From assembly GCA_002269645.1 (NCBI GenBank), contig NIVC01000843.1:124001-188000 (forward strand): a stretch of 64,000 nucleotides of DNA, in the 5' to 3' direction. Source of the stretch: Macrostomum lignano. Its lineage: Eukaryota. The translations under genes and the position numbers were made by a program. The notes under the pieces are model-generated. The model did not search any database and was not told the DNA's origin. It saw only the letters and a program-made list of their open reading frames with translations. Below are positions 14,195 to 26,583 of this stretch, piece after piece. Position 1 is the stretch's first letter. Each line of letters starts with the position of its first letter.

Positions 14195-14522
14195 TGCTGG
14201 CGCCTCTGGTGCTGGCGCCTCTGGTGCTGGCGCCTCTGGTGCTGGCGCCTCTGGTGCTGGCGCCTCTGGTGCTGGCGCCTCTGGTGCTGGCGCCTCTGGT
14301 GCTGGCGCCTCTGGTGCTGGCGCCTCTGGTGCTGGCGCCTCTGGTGCTGGCGCCTCTGTTGCTGGCGCCTCTGGTGCTGGCGCCTCTGGTGCTGGCGCCT
14401 CTGGTGCTGGCGCCTCTGGTGCTGGCGCCTCTGGTGCTGGCGCCTCTGGTGCTGGCGCCTCTGGTGCTGGCGCCTCTGGTGCTGGCGCCTCTGGTGCTGG
14501 CGCCTCTGGTGCTGGCGCCTCT
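14195..14522. repeat. 15-bp near-perfect minisatellite TCTGGTGCTGGCGCC
   Basis: ~21 copies; source of the GASGA/APEAP ORFs. Confidence 0.97.
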
Positions 14523-16224
14523 GTCTTTACCAATGTTGTGAATTGCCAATGCTGTGAATCGCTATTCTAAAATCACTACTCTTTAATCACCAATATTTGC
14601 ATGGAAATCATCATAGATGCTCTGTTTAAAATCAAACTTACCGGGTCAGAGTTAAAGAAATCTTATAAATCTACAGTGTAGAGTGTAAGCAGACTTCTTT
14701 TGTATTTCTCTGTCGGAACACACCGTCGTTCAATTACGTCTTAAGTCTGCTTCTGTCCGTCCCTGTTCCTAGAAATGATTTTTTGGTTCGGTTCTCGTCC
14801 ATATGCGACTGACATGTTTACCGATTGCTGAGTCAAGATAAACTCATCCTTGTCCTGTCACTTCCACAGCCGTGCTTGTTTCTGTTCGGGTTGCTTTTAT
14901 TAAACTTCTTTCAAGAGAAAACCCAGTACTGGAAGAGACGTTTCCGCAAAATCGGTTTTGTTTATGGTAAACAATTTTCACTTACACTCGTGAAGAACTG
15001 TGTTGGGTTGTAGATTTTGTTTAGTGTGCGAATGAAAAAACTACCCAGAATTTCACCATCCTACTTAACAGTAGTCCGAGCAGAGAATTTTGCTAAGATT
15101 TTTGGGTCAATCGGTAGGGGATACCCGTTTTTATTTCACACGTGATGGCCACATTAATTCTTAGCCTTGAGGCCCAACCCTCAAGTCGCAGAGTGTACAT
15201 GCCTGTCGATTAGAAAGTCAGGACCGCTGTACACTCCTGTGTGAGCGCGTGTTTGACTGCTGTGTCTGTGTACTGTATTGACGCGCTTGTATTGCATGTG
15301 CTCAGGAGCCGTAGGCTACAGCTCTCACAATTACAAAGTTTGTCGTATCAGGATGTCAGAAGATATCTGCTTCGATTTGGGAATTCGATCCCATGCTTAA
15401 GCCTTTGCCGCGCAACTCGGCTCCCCTGATCTGTTGAGATACAAAGTGGGCGATCCATTACCAGATTTATGTCTGTTAAATTGATGCATTTAGAGTTTGA
15501 TCAGATCGATTTTTCTGTAAGATGTTCGGCTTTCCTGCAGATAGAAATTCGATCCTGGGTTCGGGATCAACGCCTGCTGGGAGAAATATAGAAATCACTC
15601 TAAGTAGTCATTTTTGCCGGTTTGGATTGTTTCTTAAGCTTCTTAGAGTAAGTGGTGACTGAGTTGATCACTTGAGTGACTCAATGCAGACATCTCTGAG
15701 CATTACTCAACTTCCCTCGAATCAAAGAAACGTTTTCAAGCATTGATAAAATAATGGAAAGCAAAAACTGGCTTGATAATTTCTTTGATCGAATCTGTGC
15801 GACGAAACATGTGAGAAATTTTTTTACTAACATTTTATGGCGATGCAAAAATACGATATACTCGTAAAACTGTTGTCTTACAGAAGCGTATCTTTTTACA
15901 GTTAATACCAAGCGCATTCGAGCGCATGGAGAATACGTGTAGTTTTACAAAACAAAACAATTTATGCCAGGGGGAAATATAGTGACATGCATTTCCAATA
16001 AAATATTGTACATGGTGTTGACCGCAATGACAAGTAAAACTTACATTACACTGATAAGAGTGAACAATTTCATGTGAGCATTTTTTATAAAATGCTGTTT
16101 ACAAAAAATGAGAAATATGCTTCTGTATTAAGAAACACATTTTTCTGAGAAATTTCCAGTAAGTCTATGCCCAAAGAGGAAACACGATCAACTATGGGAA
16201 ATGCGAAATATCCTATAGGAAACA

Positions 16225-16420
16225 CAATAGTCTATGACTATGAGAAACACACAATAGTCTATGAGAAACACAGATTATAGTCTATGAGAAACACAGATTA
16301 TAGTCTATGGGAAACAGATTATAGTCTATGGGAAACAGATTATAGTCTATGGGAAACAGATTATAGTCTATGGGAAACAGATTATAGTCTATGGGAAAAA
16401 CACACAATAGTCTATGGGGA
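16225..16420. repeat. ~21-bp minisatellite ATAGTCTATGGGAAACAGATT
   Basis: Visible tandem copies just downstream of the homeobox gene stop. Confidence 0.85.
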
Positions 16421-16589
16421 AACACTGTAAACACAATAATTGTAGGGAAACACGTTATTCAATGTGAAGTTGGTACACAGATGCATATTGGCTGCACTAA
16501 TTGTCTATGGGAAATTATTAAGCTTCTAGGGGCAACAAAAAAGCACAACTAACAAAAAGCGACAACACAATTCGTCTCATTCCCAGACT

Positions 16590-19500
16590 TCAAATGGCAG
16601 ATGAGGCGGAATTCCACGGCCAGAATCCTGTCGCCGCCATGGCTGCCATCGCAGCTAAGTGATTCTGATGATGAGGCAACTGTGGCTGCTGGTGCTGGTG
16701 ATGCAGCTGCAGATGTGGGAAAGTGCGAAACGCTGACACAGTTGGCTGATGCTGCAGCGCGGCCGGAAGAAATGCCGGATGCAGCTGATGCCGCTTGGAA
16801 TTCACGGATGCAAAGTCGGACGTAGAGGCGACGACGTCTTCATTGCGACGACGTTTTCGCGACGTCCGTCTGGTTGGCGTTGCCGCTGTCGCATCCTCCG
16901 ACGGGAAGTCGCAACCGCTGTCACCTTGTACCTCGGCTCGTTTGCACTTGTAGCGATGGTTCTGAAACCAGATCTTCACCTGGGGTTTGGGGAGGGGGGA
17001 AGATTAAAAAGTTGAAATCATTAAGAGTTTGATATTGTATTTGACTGGAATGCACCATTGACCCATTGATCACAGTCACAACTGTAGCTTTCACCATTGA
17101 CCTGTCGTATTCACCATTTATCCATCGTGTTCACTAATTACCTCATCATTCACCAATGGACCGAATCGTTCACCAATGGCCCTATCATTCACAAATCAAC
17201 CCATCATTCACCAAAGGACCAAATCGTTCACCAATGACCTTAACCGTTCACCAATGACCCCATTCGTTCACCAGTGGCCTTAATCGTTCACCGATGACCA
17301 CATTCGTTCACCAGTGGCCTTAACCGTTCACCAATGACCCCATTCGGTTACTAGTGGCCTCAACCGTTCACCAATGATTCCATTCGTTCACCAGTGATCC
17401 TAACCGTTCACCAATGACCCCATTCGTTCACCAGTGATCCTAACCGTTCACCAATGACCCCATTCGTTCACCAGTGATCCAAAACCATTCACCAATGACC
17501 CCATTCGTTCACCAGTGATCTTAACCGTTCACCAATGACCCCATTCGTTCACCAGTGATCCTAACCGTTCACCAATGACCCCGTTAGTTCACCAATGGCC
17601 CCGTAATTACTTATTCATTTCCTCGGTTAGCAATTCAATCATCACCTTTCATAACATCAGATTATCAAAAAGTGACTAACGCATATTATTCATAAATTAC
17701 ACCGATTCATAAATTTCTCCAACAAAGTGCGATTCAAAACTCTCGCTTAAAGAAAAGGTGAATTATCGCCAAAAATGTCTATTTTGCTGCTAATTTGCTT
17801 TTTTGCTTCGCAGACCGCGGCTTCCCACAGAGCAGCATCGCTAATTGGTCAATTTGTTAACCCACCTGCTGTGCCTCCCCCCCCCAGCTGCTGGTGTCAG
17901 CAGTCAGTCACCCAATGCAATAAAATCTGAAATCTCCCGCCGCGCTTGATAACCAAAGTTTACCAGGCAAAAATGTTCTGAATAAATCACTTGATAAACT
18001 ATTTTATTATACAGAATAATTAACACCCAGTGTCTGAGCAATTACTTTTGGCAGGATAATTTTCTAGAAAATTTAACAGCTCAAAGTGAGGCTAAAATTT
18101 TAATCAATGAAATCTCTCTCAACGTGATCCAAAAAGTTATATTTAAAATATCGTTTCGAAATAGAGCTTTCCAAATATCAATAAATCTGGTAGAATGCCC
18201 ATAGAAATACCATAGCAATATAAACATGTTAAACATCATGGAATTTACATAGTACCACCATAGCAACGGATAAGAAACTTTTAGACTTCCCATAGAAACA
18301 CCATAGTAACGGATTAATGCCTGTTAGAACTCCCATAGCAACACCATAGCAACGGAAAAGAATCTCATGAAATTCCCATAGCAACACCATAGCAACGGAA
18401 AAGAATCTCATGAAATTCCCATAGCAACACCATAGCAACGGAAAAGAATCTCATGAAATTCCCATAGCAACACTTACCTGCGTAGGCGTCAGATCGATGC
18501 GCAGGGCCAGCTGCTCCCGCTCAGCAGCAGACAGATACCTCTGCTGGCGAAACCGGGCTTCCAGCTGCTGGCACTGCTGCTTGGTGAACAGGATGCGCCG
18601 TCTCCTGCGCTTGCTTCCGGCAGCAGCAGCAGAAACAGCCGTAGCAACACCGGCAACAGTCGAAGACGAAGCGGAAGTCTTCCCGGCAACTTTGAACTCC
18701 TCTTCGCCGTCCTCAGAGATGTCTTCGTCATCGAATTCCGCATCGTTGCTGCTGCGGTCTTCGGGGCTGGCTGAAAAAGTAGGGGGTGAATGCAGCGCTT
18801 CGGATTAAGAGAATTCAGTTTTTATTCAGCATACAGAAATGTTCCATTGAAGGTTGAAGCCAAAAAGATAATTAACAAAAAGTGAATGAGAGAGTGAATG
18901 AGAGAGTGAATGAGAGAGTGAACGAGAGTGACTGAGAGTGAATGACAGAGTGAATAACAGAGTGTGAGAGAGTGAATAAGAGTGAATGAGAGTGAATGAG
19001 AGTGAATGACAGAGTGAATAACAGAGTGAATGAGAGAGTGTGAGAGAGTGAATGACAGAGTGAATGACAGAGTGAATGAGAGAGTGTGAGAGAGTGAATG
19101 AGAGAGTGAATGACAGAGTGAATTACAGAGTGAATGACAGAGTGAATGACAGAGTGAATGACAGAGTGAATGAGAGAGTGTGAGAGAGTGAATGACAGAG
19201 TGAATGACAGAGTGAATGACAGAGTGAATGACAGAGTGAATGAGAGAGTGTGAGAGGGTGAATGACAGAGTGAATGACAGAGTGAATGAGAGAGTGTGAG
19301 AGAGTGAATGACAGAGTGAATGACAGAGTGAATGACAGAGTGAATGACAGAGTGAATGACAGAGTGAATGACAGAGTGAATGAGAGAGTGAATGACAGAG
19401 TGAAGACAGAGTGAATGACAGAGTGAATGACAGAGTGAATGACAGAGTGAATGACAGAGTGAATGACAGAGTAAATGAGAGAGTGAGTGAGAGAGTGAAT

Positions 19501-21752
19501 GACAGAGTGGATGACAGAGTGAATGAGAGAGTGAATGACAGAGTGAAGACAGAGTGAATGACAGAGTGAATGACAGAGTGAATGACAGAGTGAATGACAG
19601 AGTGAATGACAGAGTAAATGAGAGAGTGAGTGAGAGAGTGAATGACAGAGTGGATGACAGAGTGAATGAGAGAGTGAATGAGAGAGTGAATGGCAGAGTG
19701 ACTGAGAGAGTGAATGATTGAGACAAAAGCGAGAAGAACTGGAAATCCGATATGAACATGATAAATGACCCATACAGGAAACCAGAAGCTCCGCGCAAGC
19801 AACAGACAATCATATTTTGGTCACAGTTTCGTCCCTAACTGAGGCAGGGAGAGACACCTGTTTTTGTCTATAATTTCTAAGATTTCTTGGTCTCATTAAC
19901 TTATTCTTGAATAATTTTCCATAATTAAGTCAGCCATCTGCTATCGATATTAAGCAACAATTGCGATCACAACCACTGCAGGGGATTTGGTCCTGCAGTT
20001 CCAATTATCTCAACACTAAATTCGCTGAGCGCGGGATTATGCCACAATGGGAAGAATCGAAGGGATGGGTGAAAAAAGTTAAGACTCTAATCTGTTCAGG
20101 AAATCAGAACTCCTCAGGCCGGTAACCAAATCCCAACAAGCATCTGGCGCCCCACAATGCCTCAAATTCAGAGGATTTCTTAAAGAGTCACCGCGTGAAG
20201 GAACAATTACCTATACTGCTCAGCTTTGATTTTGATCTACGAGACCCTTTTTTCGACCGCTATAGATGGGATATAGCTAGGCTGCCTGCCACCTTCTACT
20301 GCGGGTAATTAGGGGGGGGGGGGCTGTCACAGTGTTTAAGCCTTGTGTCCAAGGCGACCGGTCAGGTTCGGTCAGCCGTGAAATACCCCCATGCATGCAG
20401 GCCAACCCTGATATTAAAGAGGATAAGATTTTTTAGGCTTAACTACTTTTCTTCCCTTCCTATTACCTAGAAAAAAAATATCCCATTTCAAGTTGCGGGC
20501 GAGTATCTAAGTGTTAAATATATAAGTAAAAGGTGACAGTTTTTGGATCCTCACACCTCCTGGCATGGCGCGCAACAGTTATAAAAAGAGAACTGGGCAG
20601 AGAGACAGCTATAGAGGGGTCAGACATCCTCAACTTCGCACACTGCTAGGTTGAATTTTTAATTTTTCCAATCGAACGATTTCTTGATGTCCATTGGCGA
20701 GGTTTCAGTTGCTAGGGCGGCCATAGATTGTACAGCATAGGTGACAGTGATTGCGCAACAGCCCTGTTGCTTAATAGCATGCTTTCGATGTCTCTCTGTG
20801 TCTCACTCGAAACGTAAAACGGTTGGTTGAACTTTCTAACAGCTATAATTCGAATACTGAGTTGAATATATTGCATGGGATCAGTGACAGTTTCGGGAAT
20901 TTCCCTGTGTTGCATGGAGCATTGAGAAGAATACTCTGTGACAGGTCTGATGGACCATATAAAACTTGAATAGCCAGACACAGAGTTGCCGTCAAATATT
21001 CCTTTGTAACCGATCTTCTGCCTCTTATATTCATTCATTTGCATATTAAATGTTTCAAACTTTTTGAATTGAGGAAAGGGCCCCTGCTGAGCCCTATGCC
21101 TATTCGTGAACAGCTTCACTGATTTTTCACACACATTGAGAAGATTTGAGGCCTGAGGACATTGGAGGCGTTGTGAAATGAGCAAGTGGAATATACTGTG
21201 AGAAATTGTGGGACTGCCCAATTGAAGAACTATGAGAGATTGTAGCGACTGACTCAGGGATTTCATATGAGATTGTAGCGACTGACTCAGAGATCTCATA
21301 TGAGATTGTAGCGACTGACTCAGGAGTTCCAGGTGAGATTGTGGCTATACTTATACTCAAGAATCCCAGGTGAGATTGTGGCTACTTATACTCAAGGGTC
21401 TCAGGTGAGATTGTGGCTACTTATACTCAAGGGTCTCAGGTGAGATTGTGGCTATACTCATACTCAAGGATCTCAGGTGAGATTGTGGCTATACTCATAC
21501 TCAAGGGTCTAAGGTGAGATTGTGGCTACTCATACTCAAGGGTCTCAGGTGAGATTGTGGCTACTTAGACAGGACAATCACAAACAGCTAGGATTCAAAA
21601 AAGAACTTACCAAGTCGAGTCTCTCCAGATCGCTTAGGATTAACATCTCCAGTTGAGTCTGCTCCATCTGGCAGATTAAGTAAACTTCTCACAGAGAATT
21701 TACTAAAGCTCTGCTGCAAATCAGTTCGACTCGATGCAGTTTCTGTAGCCAT
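16590..21752 (-). CDS. nkx2-2: NK2-class homeobox transcription factor, NKX2-2-like (274 aa): join(21611..21752,18478..18770,16590..16979)
   Basis: Exon 1 has an eh1/TN motif ([10 protein letters not shown]). Homeodomain [43 protein letters not shown]|[14 protein letters not shown] has the NK2-diagnostic Tyr54 and an intron at TQ|VK. Phases 1 and 0 are compatible. C-terminal FWPW. The paralog-level name is inferred from [10 protein letters not shown]. Confidence 0.88.
17090..17600. repeat. ~40-bp (2x~20) minisatellite CGTTCACCAATGACCCCATT/CGTTCACCAGTGATCCTAAC
   Basis: Visible tandem copies in the homeobox intron. Confidence 0.9.
18270..18472. repeat. 43-bp tandem repeat abutting the splice donor at 18477
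   Basis: AATCTCATGAAATTCCCATAGCAACACCATAGCAACGGAAAAG repeated. Confidence 0.85.
18884..19720. repeat. 12-bp satellite GAGTGAATGACA/GAGA
   Basis: Visible; source of the HSVI/SFTL ORFs; same family at 23320-23790. Confidence 0.95.
21205..21567. repeat. ~33-39-bp minisatellite CAGGTGAGATTGTGGCTATACTTATACTCAAGGGTCT
   Basis: Visible tandem copies near the donor of nkx2 exon 1. Confidence 0.85.
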
Positions 21753-22374
21753 TAAGATATTAAGACAGAAAGAAAGCGTAAAACTTCAAATTAGAAAATT
21801 GCTGGCAAGTCAGAGAATTATTATTTAAAAAACTCAGATAGATATTTTTTCAAGCTTATATCTCGGATGACCTTGGTTGAGGAGCTGTGGGTTGTGGGTT
21901 GGGGTTGATTGGTGGGGTTGCTTGGCGTCAACTTGATTCTCATTGGCTGCTGACACTCGAACGGGGCCAATCTGATTCGAACTTGACTGGACCGAGGCTT
22001 GGCCCGCCCGCTGAGCTCTGCTTTTAGGTCAGGCTTTACAGGCTGCTTGATGTCACAATTGTGTCAAACTCAGCACTGGCACAGCGGGTTTCGTCGGTGG
22101 CCGATGGGCCTCCAGCGTCTTCGAGTTGACAGAACAGGGCAGGCACGCCAACCCGGCTCAGCGGGGGATTTCAACTCGATTGACTCACTTCAAGTTTGTA
22201 ACAGCTGGAAGTCTCAGGAATGCTAATATAACCGATAGTGAAATAAATTCTTAGATTGAATTAATTAATTAGCATATGCGCCAAGTTGAAAATTTGTCGA
22301 TTTAATGTATAAGTGTCAAAATAAACTCGAGTCCATTATTTTACGATTTACATATTGACTAGGTATGATAGATA

Positions 22375-22700
22375 GGGTGCAGATGAAGCAGCGTGAAGGA
22401 GATGGGCACCGTTGAAGTGAGGATTGAAGGGGGGATGAAGGGAGCATGAAGGGAGCATGAAGGGAGGATGGAGGGAGCATAAAGAGAGGATGAAGGGCAC
22501 GAAGGGTGCATGAAGAGAGAATGAAGGAGAGATGAAGAGAGAATGAAGGAAATATGAAGGTAGCATGAAGGGAGAATGAAAGGAGGATGAAGGGATCGTG
22601 AAGGGAAGATGAAGGTAGGATAAAGGGAGGATGAAGGGAGCATAAAGGGAGGATGAAGTGAGCATGAATTGGAAGATGAAAGGTGGATAAGGTTGATGAG
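22375..22700. repeat. Degenerate ~11-bp purine-rich repeat ATGAAGGGAGC
   Basis: Visible periodicity. Confidence 0.75.
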
Positions 22701-23319
22701 GGAACTGTTAAGACGAGAAGTTGTGAGATCAGGACAGAATGATGAAGGATGTGAACAAGGTGGTAGGATGCACACCCAATTCAAGATAAACAAAAATTTA
22801 ATTTTATGCAAATAGAATCGAACTGAGTTAAACTTTACGTTGCCATGACAATGTATACATGCGATATCATACACCGGTTGAGTGACTATTGATACAATTA
22901 ATAAACTGTCTGCTTAGGGGGGGGGGCATTCGCCATCATCCAGCATCCTATGGGACAGGAGGCAAGCTGTTTCATTTGTTGATTTGTTTGTTTGGCAATA
23001 TCTTAATATATCGAGCACCCGATCAAGAGATGAGTTGAGCCTACAAAATTCTATGAACAGCCATCTGTCTTGGAGTTTGCACACACACCCTGCGCGCACT
23101 GTGTCCATTGTAATGCAAATTAAGAATTAAGACCAATATAGAGCTTTGTTTTGTAACATTTAGATCGAGATATGAATGATTGGCGATTCATATGCAGCAA
23201 TTTAAAGTTGTCAGGTGTGAAACGGCGTCAATTTTGATGATGATCAAAATAGCAGACTCTATAGGGGATCGATACTGAATGTGTTTGTGATCAAAATATT
23301 AATGAAAGAGAGAATACGT

Positions 23320-23790
23320 TAATGAGAGTGAATGACAGAGTGAATGACAGAGTGAATGGCAGAGCGAATGAGAGAGTGAACGAGAGAATGAATAAGAGAG
23401 TGAATGACAGAGTGAATGACAGAGTGAATGGCAGAGCGAATGAGAGAGTGAACGAGAGAATGAATAAGAGAGTGAATGAGAGAGTGAATGAGAGAGTGAA
23501 TGCGAGAGTGAATGAGAGAGTGAATGAGAGAGTGAATGAGAGAGTGTGAGAGAGTGAATGAGAGAGTGAATGAGAGAGTGAATAAGAGAGTGAATGGCAG
23601 AGTGAATGAGAGAGTGAATAAGAGAGTGAATGACAGAGTGAATAAGAGGGTGAATGACAGAGTGAATGACAGAGTGAATGACAGAGTGAATGACAGAGTG
23701 AATGAGAGAGTGAATGAGAGTGTGAATGAGAGAGTGAATAAGAGAGTGAACGACAGAGTGAATGAGAGAGTGAATGACAGCAGAGTGAAT
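23320..23790. repeat. 12-bp satellite GAGTGAATGAGA
   Basis: Same family as 18884-19720. Confidence 0.95.
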
Positions 23791-24237
23791 GGCAGGATGA
23801 AAGAGGAATCTGATAGTCATTAAAGCTTCGTTACTTGTTGCTTTGATAAGCCGCTATGTAACAATATTGTAGATTTAAACAAGCAGATGTAATTATTGTT
23901 AAATAGCAACACCACCATTAGGCACATTTACCTGTCTGTCTGTTTTAATACCTGCTAGCGGTCTGTGTCAGAAATCTGGGTCCTGCATGCGGAGGGATGC
24001 CAAACGACAAATCTGCGGGGCATTCAATGAGCCATATTGGGGGAATAAAAGTCATAAAAAATCTGCTTCGCGTTGCTTTTAAACTGTCATCAGCAGTTAA
24101 ACTGCGTCAACAATTGATGCCAGGAAGGTGTATCGCCAAACCAGTTTTTATTGCAAATGAGAGAAGGAATTCTCCGTCTGCAATGGGCTGCTTCAGGGAC
24201 TCCTATTAATGGCATGGGTGGACTGGAGGGCGTGGAA

Positions 24238-24740
24238 TGGTGCTGGCGCCCCTTGGTACTGCATGGCACCCCTTGGTGCTGGCGCCCCTTGGTGCTGGCG
24301 CCCCTTGGTGCTGGCGCCCCTTGGTGCTGGCGCCCCTTGGTGCTGGCGCCCCTTGGTGCTGGCGCCCCTTGGTGCTGGCGCCCCTTGGTGCTGGCGCCCC
24401 TTGGTGCTGGCGCCCCTTGGTGCTGGCGCCCCTTGGTGCTGGCGCCCCTTGGTGCTGGCGCCCCTTGGTGCTGGCGCCCCTTGGTGCTGGCGCCCCTTGG
24501 TGCTGGCGCCCCTTGGTGCTGGCGCCCCTTGGTGCTGGCGCCCCTTGGTGCTGGCGCCCCTTGGTGCTGGCGCCCCTTGGTGCTGGCGCCCCTTGGTGCT
24601 GGCGCCCCTTGGTGCTGGCGCCCCTTGGTGCTGGCGCCCCTTGGTGCTGGCGCCCCTTGGTGCTGGCGCCCCTTGGTGCTGGCGCCCCTTGGTGCTGGCG
24701 CCCCTTGGTGCTGGCGCCCCTTGGTGCTGGCGCCCCTTGG
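24238..24740. repeat. 16-bp perfect minisatellite TTGGTGCTGGCGCCCC
   Basis: ~30 copies; 16-aa ORF periodicity equals 3 units. Confidence 0.97.
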
Positions 24741-25124
24741 TAGACTTGAATATTTGTATAGTTTCTAAAGTCATTAAAAATTTTTTGAAGCTGCTTTTGG
24801 TTTCCAATCCAGCAACGCAGATTCTATAAAAGTCCCTGGCTGGCTGTTGTTGGGGGTAGGGGTTGTTCGGCAACTTTATAACCGATAGTCAACAAGGCGC
24901 AATGACGATCATCATGACACGAGCGGTATCAAAATGAAATAGAAAAATGTCGAATGAATCTCCTTGCCTGTATCGAACTGGAACCCTGGCACTTGGCCTT
25001 GAATATGGAAAATCCAGGCAGCGAAAATATTGAATTTGATGGCCCCATTACAGATCGATTGTCAAGAAAATAGGTGATAAATTTAGATGTCCCTGAAGTT
25101 ATAGCTTTGTTATAATTTCTTTCT

Positions 25125-26390
25125 TACAAGTAAACATCTACCAATTGTCTAACAGGTAAACATCTACCTTGTCTAACACGTAAACATCTATCTTGTCTAA
25201 CAGGTAAACATCTACCTTGTCTAACAGGTAAACATCTACCTTATCTAACAGGTAAACATCTATTTGTCTAACAGGTTAAAATCTATCTTGTCTAACACGT
25301 AAACATCTACCTTGTCTAACACGTAAACATCTATCTTGTCTAACAGGTAAACATCTATCTTATCTAACAGGTAAACATCTACCCTGTCCAACAGGTAAAC
25401 ATCTACCTTGTCTAACAGGTATCTTTTTAACGAGCCTTGTTCCCTTATTTAGGTTAAAATTTAAATATTAAAAGGTCGGCAAAATTTTAAATTACGATTA
25501 AAAAAGGAATTTATTTAATTTTACAAACAATAAACCGACACGGAATATATAAAGCGACTTTGTACATCACAAAAGATAGACAGACCGACCTAAAGGGCTG
25601 CAAACGAACGAAAAACAGGAACAGTTTTAATAATATTGGCCCCTAAATAATCTTCTGCAAAGTCAAGAAAAAAAACCTTGAATTTTAATTAGTTTAAATT
25701 AATATTTGAATTAATAAATTGCTTTCACACTACTTATTAGTAGTAAAACACGTACATGTGCTGGTCACTTTGTCTAAGTGAGTGTTAGTTACATTAATTA
25801 GTTTTGCAAAGCGAACATCTGCGCAAAAAGGCTGGAAAATTTAGGCCAATAAAAATCACGATAAAAAATTTATCAGGCGAACGATTTTGAAAAGCTGACA
25901 TCGTCACATCACTAAGAGTAAAAGCGACGGATATATCTCTAGCAGACTACTTAAAGCACGCAGATACGATTTAGTAGTAGCTTGTCTTTCTCTTATCTTG
26001 GCTGAAGTATACTAATAACTCTATTGAAATCTAACAGATGACTTATCCCTGTCTAACCGGTGACTTACACTGTACCCCTGTCTAACAGTTGACTTACCCC
26101 TGTGTAACCGGTGACTTACCCCTGTCTAACCGGTGACTTACCCCTGTCTAACAGGTGACTTACCCCAGTCTAACAGGTGACTTACCCCTGTCTAACCGGT
26201 GACTTACCCAGTCTAACCGGTGACTTACCCCAGACGAACCGGTGACTTACCCCAGTCTAACCGGTGACTTACACTGTACCCCTGTCTAACCGGTGACTTA
26301 CTCCAGTCTAACAGGTGACTTACCCCTGTCTGACCTGTGACTTACCCCTGTCTAACAGGTGACTTACCCTTGTCTAACAGGTGACGTACC
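25125..26390. repeat. Two TGTCTAACAGGT-core minisatellites (24 bp at 25125-25422; ~22 bp at 26032-26390)
   Basis: Visible tandem copies. Confidence 0.9.
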
Positions 26391-26583
26391 CCAATCAACA
26401 CCGCTCCAATTCCCAGTGACTTTTTATTGCAGAAAAAGATTTCACTAGCGGGCAGATAACGGAGACTACTATTAGTAAGCTGACAGAAATTTTACACTCG
26501 CGTGGCCATTTTTGCGCTAACGGCAACTGTAGCAAACAACAAAAGCGAGTAAAATTGAGGCGTTCAACTTTAAGTCAGGGCCT

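Noticed and set aside
14127-14570. APEAP/GASGA repeat 'proteins'
   Set aside because: 15-bp VNTR open in many frames on both strands; no splice or start context; the same applies to 24151-24873
20712-21299. 195-aa intronic ORF, possible transposase remnant
   Set aside because: Starts in a repeat; no recognisable motif in any frame examined
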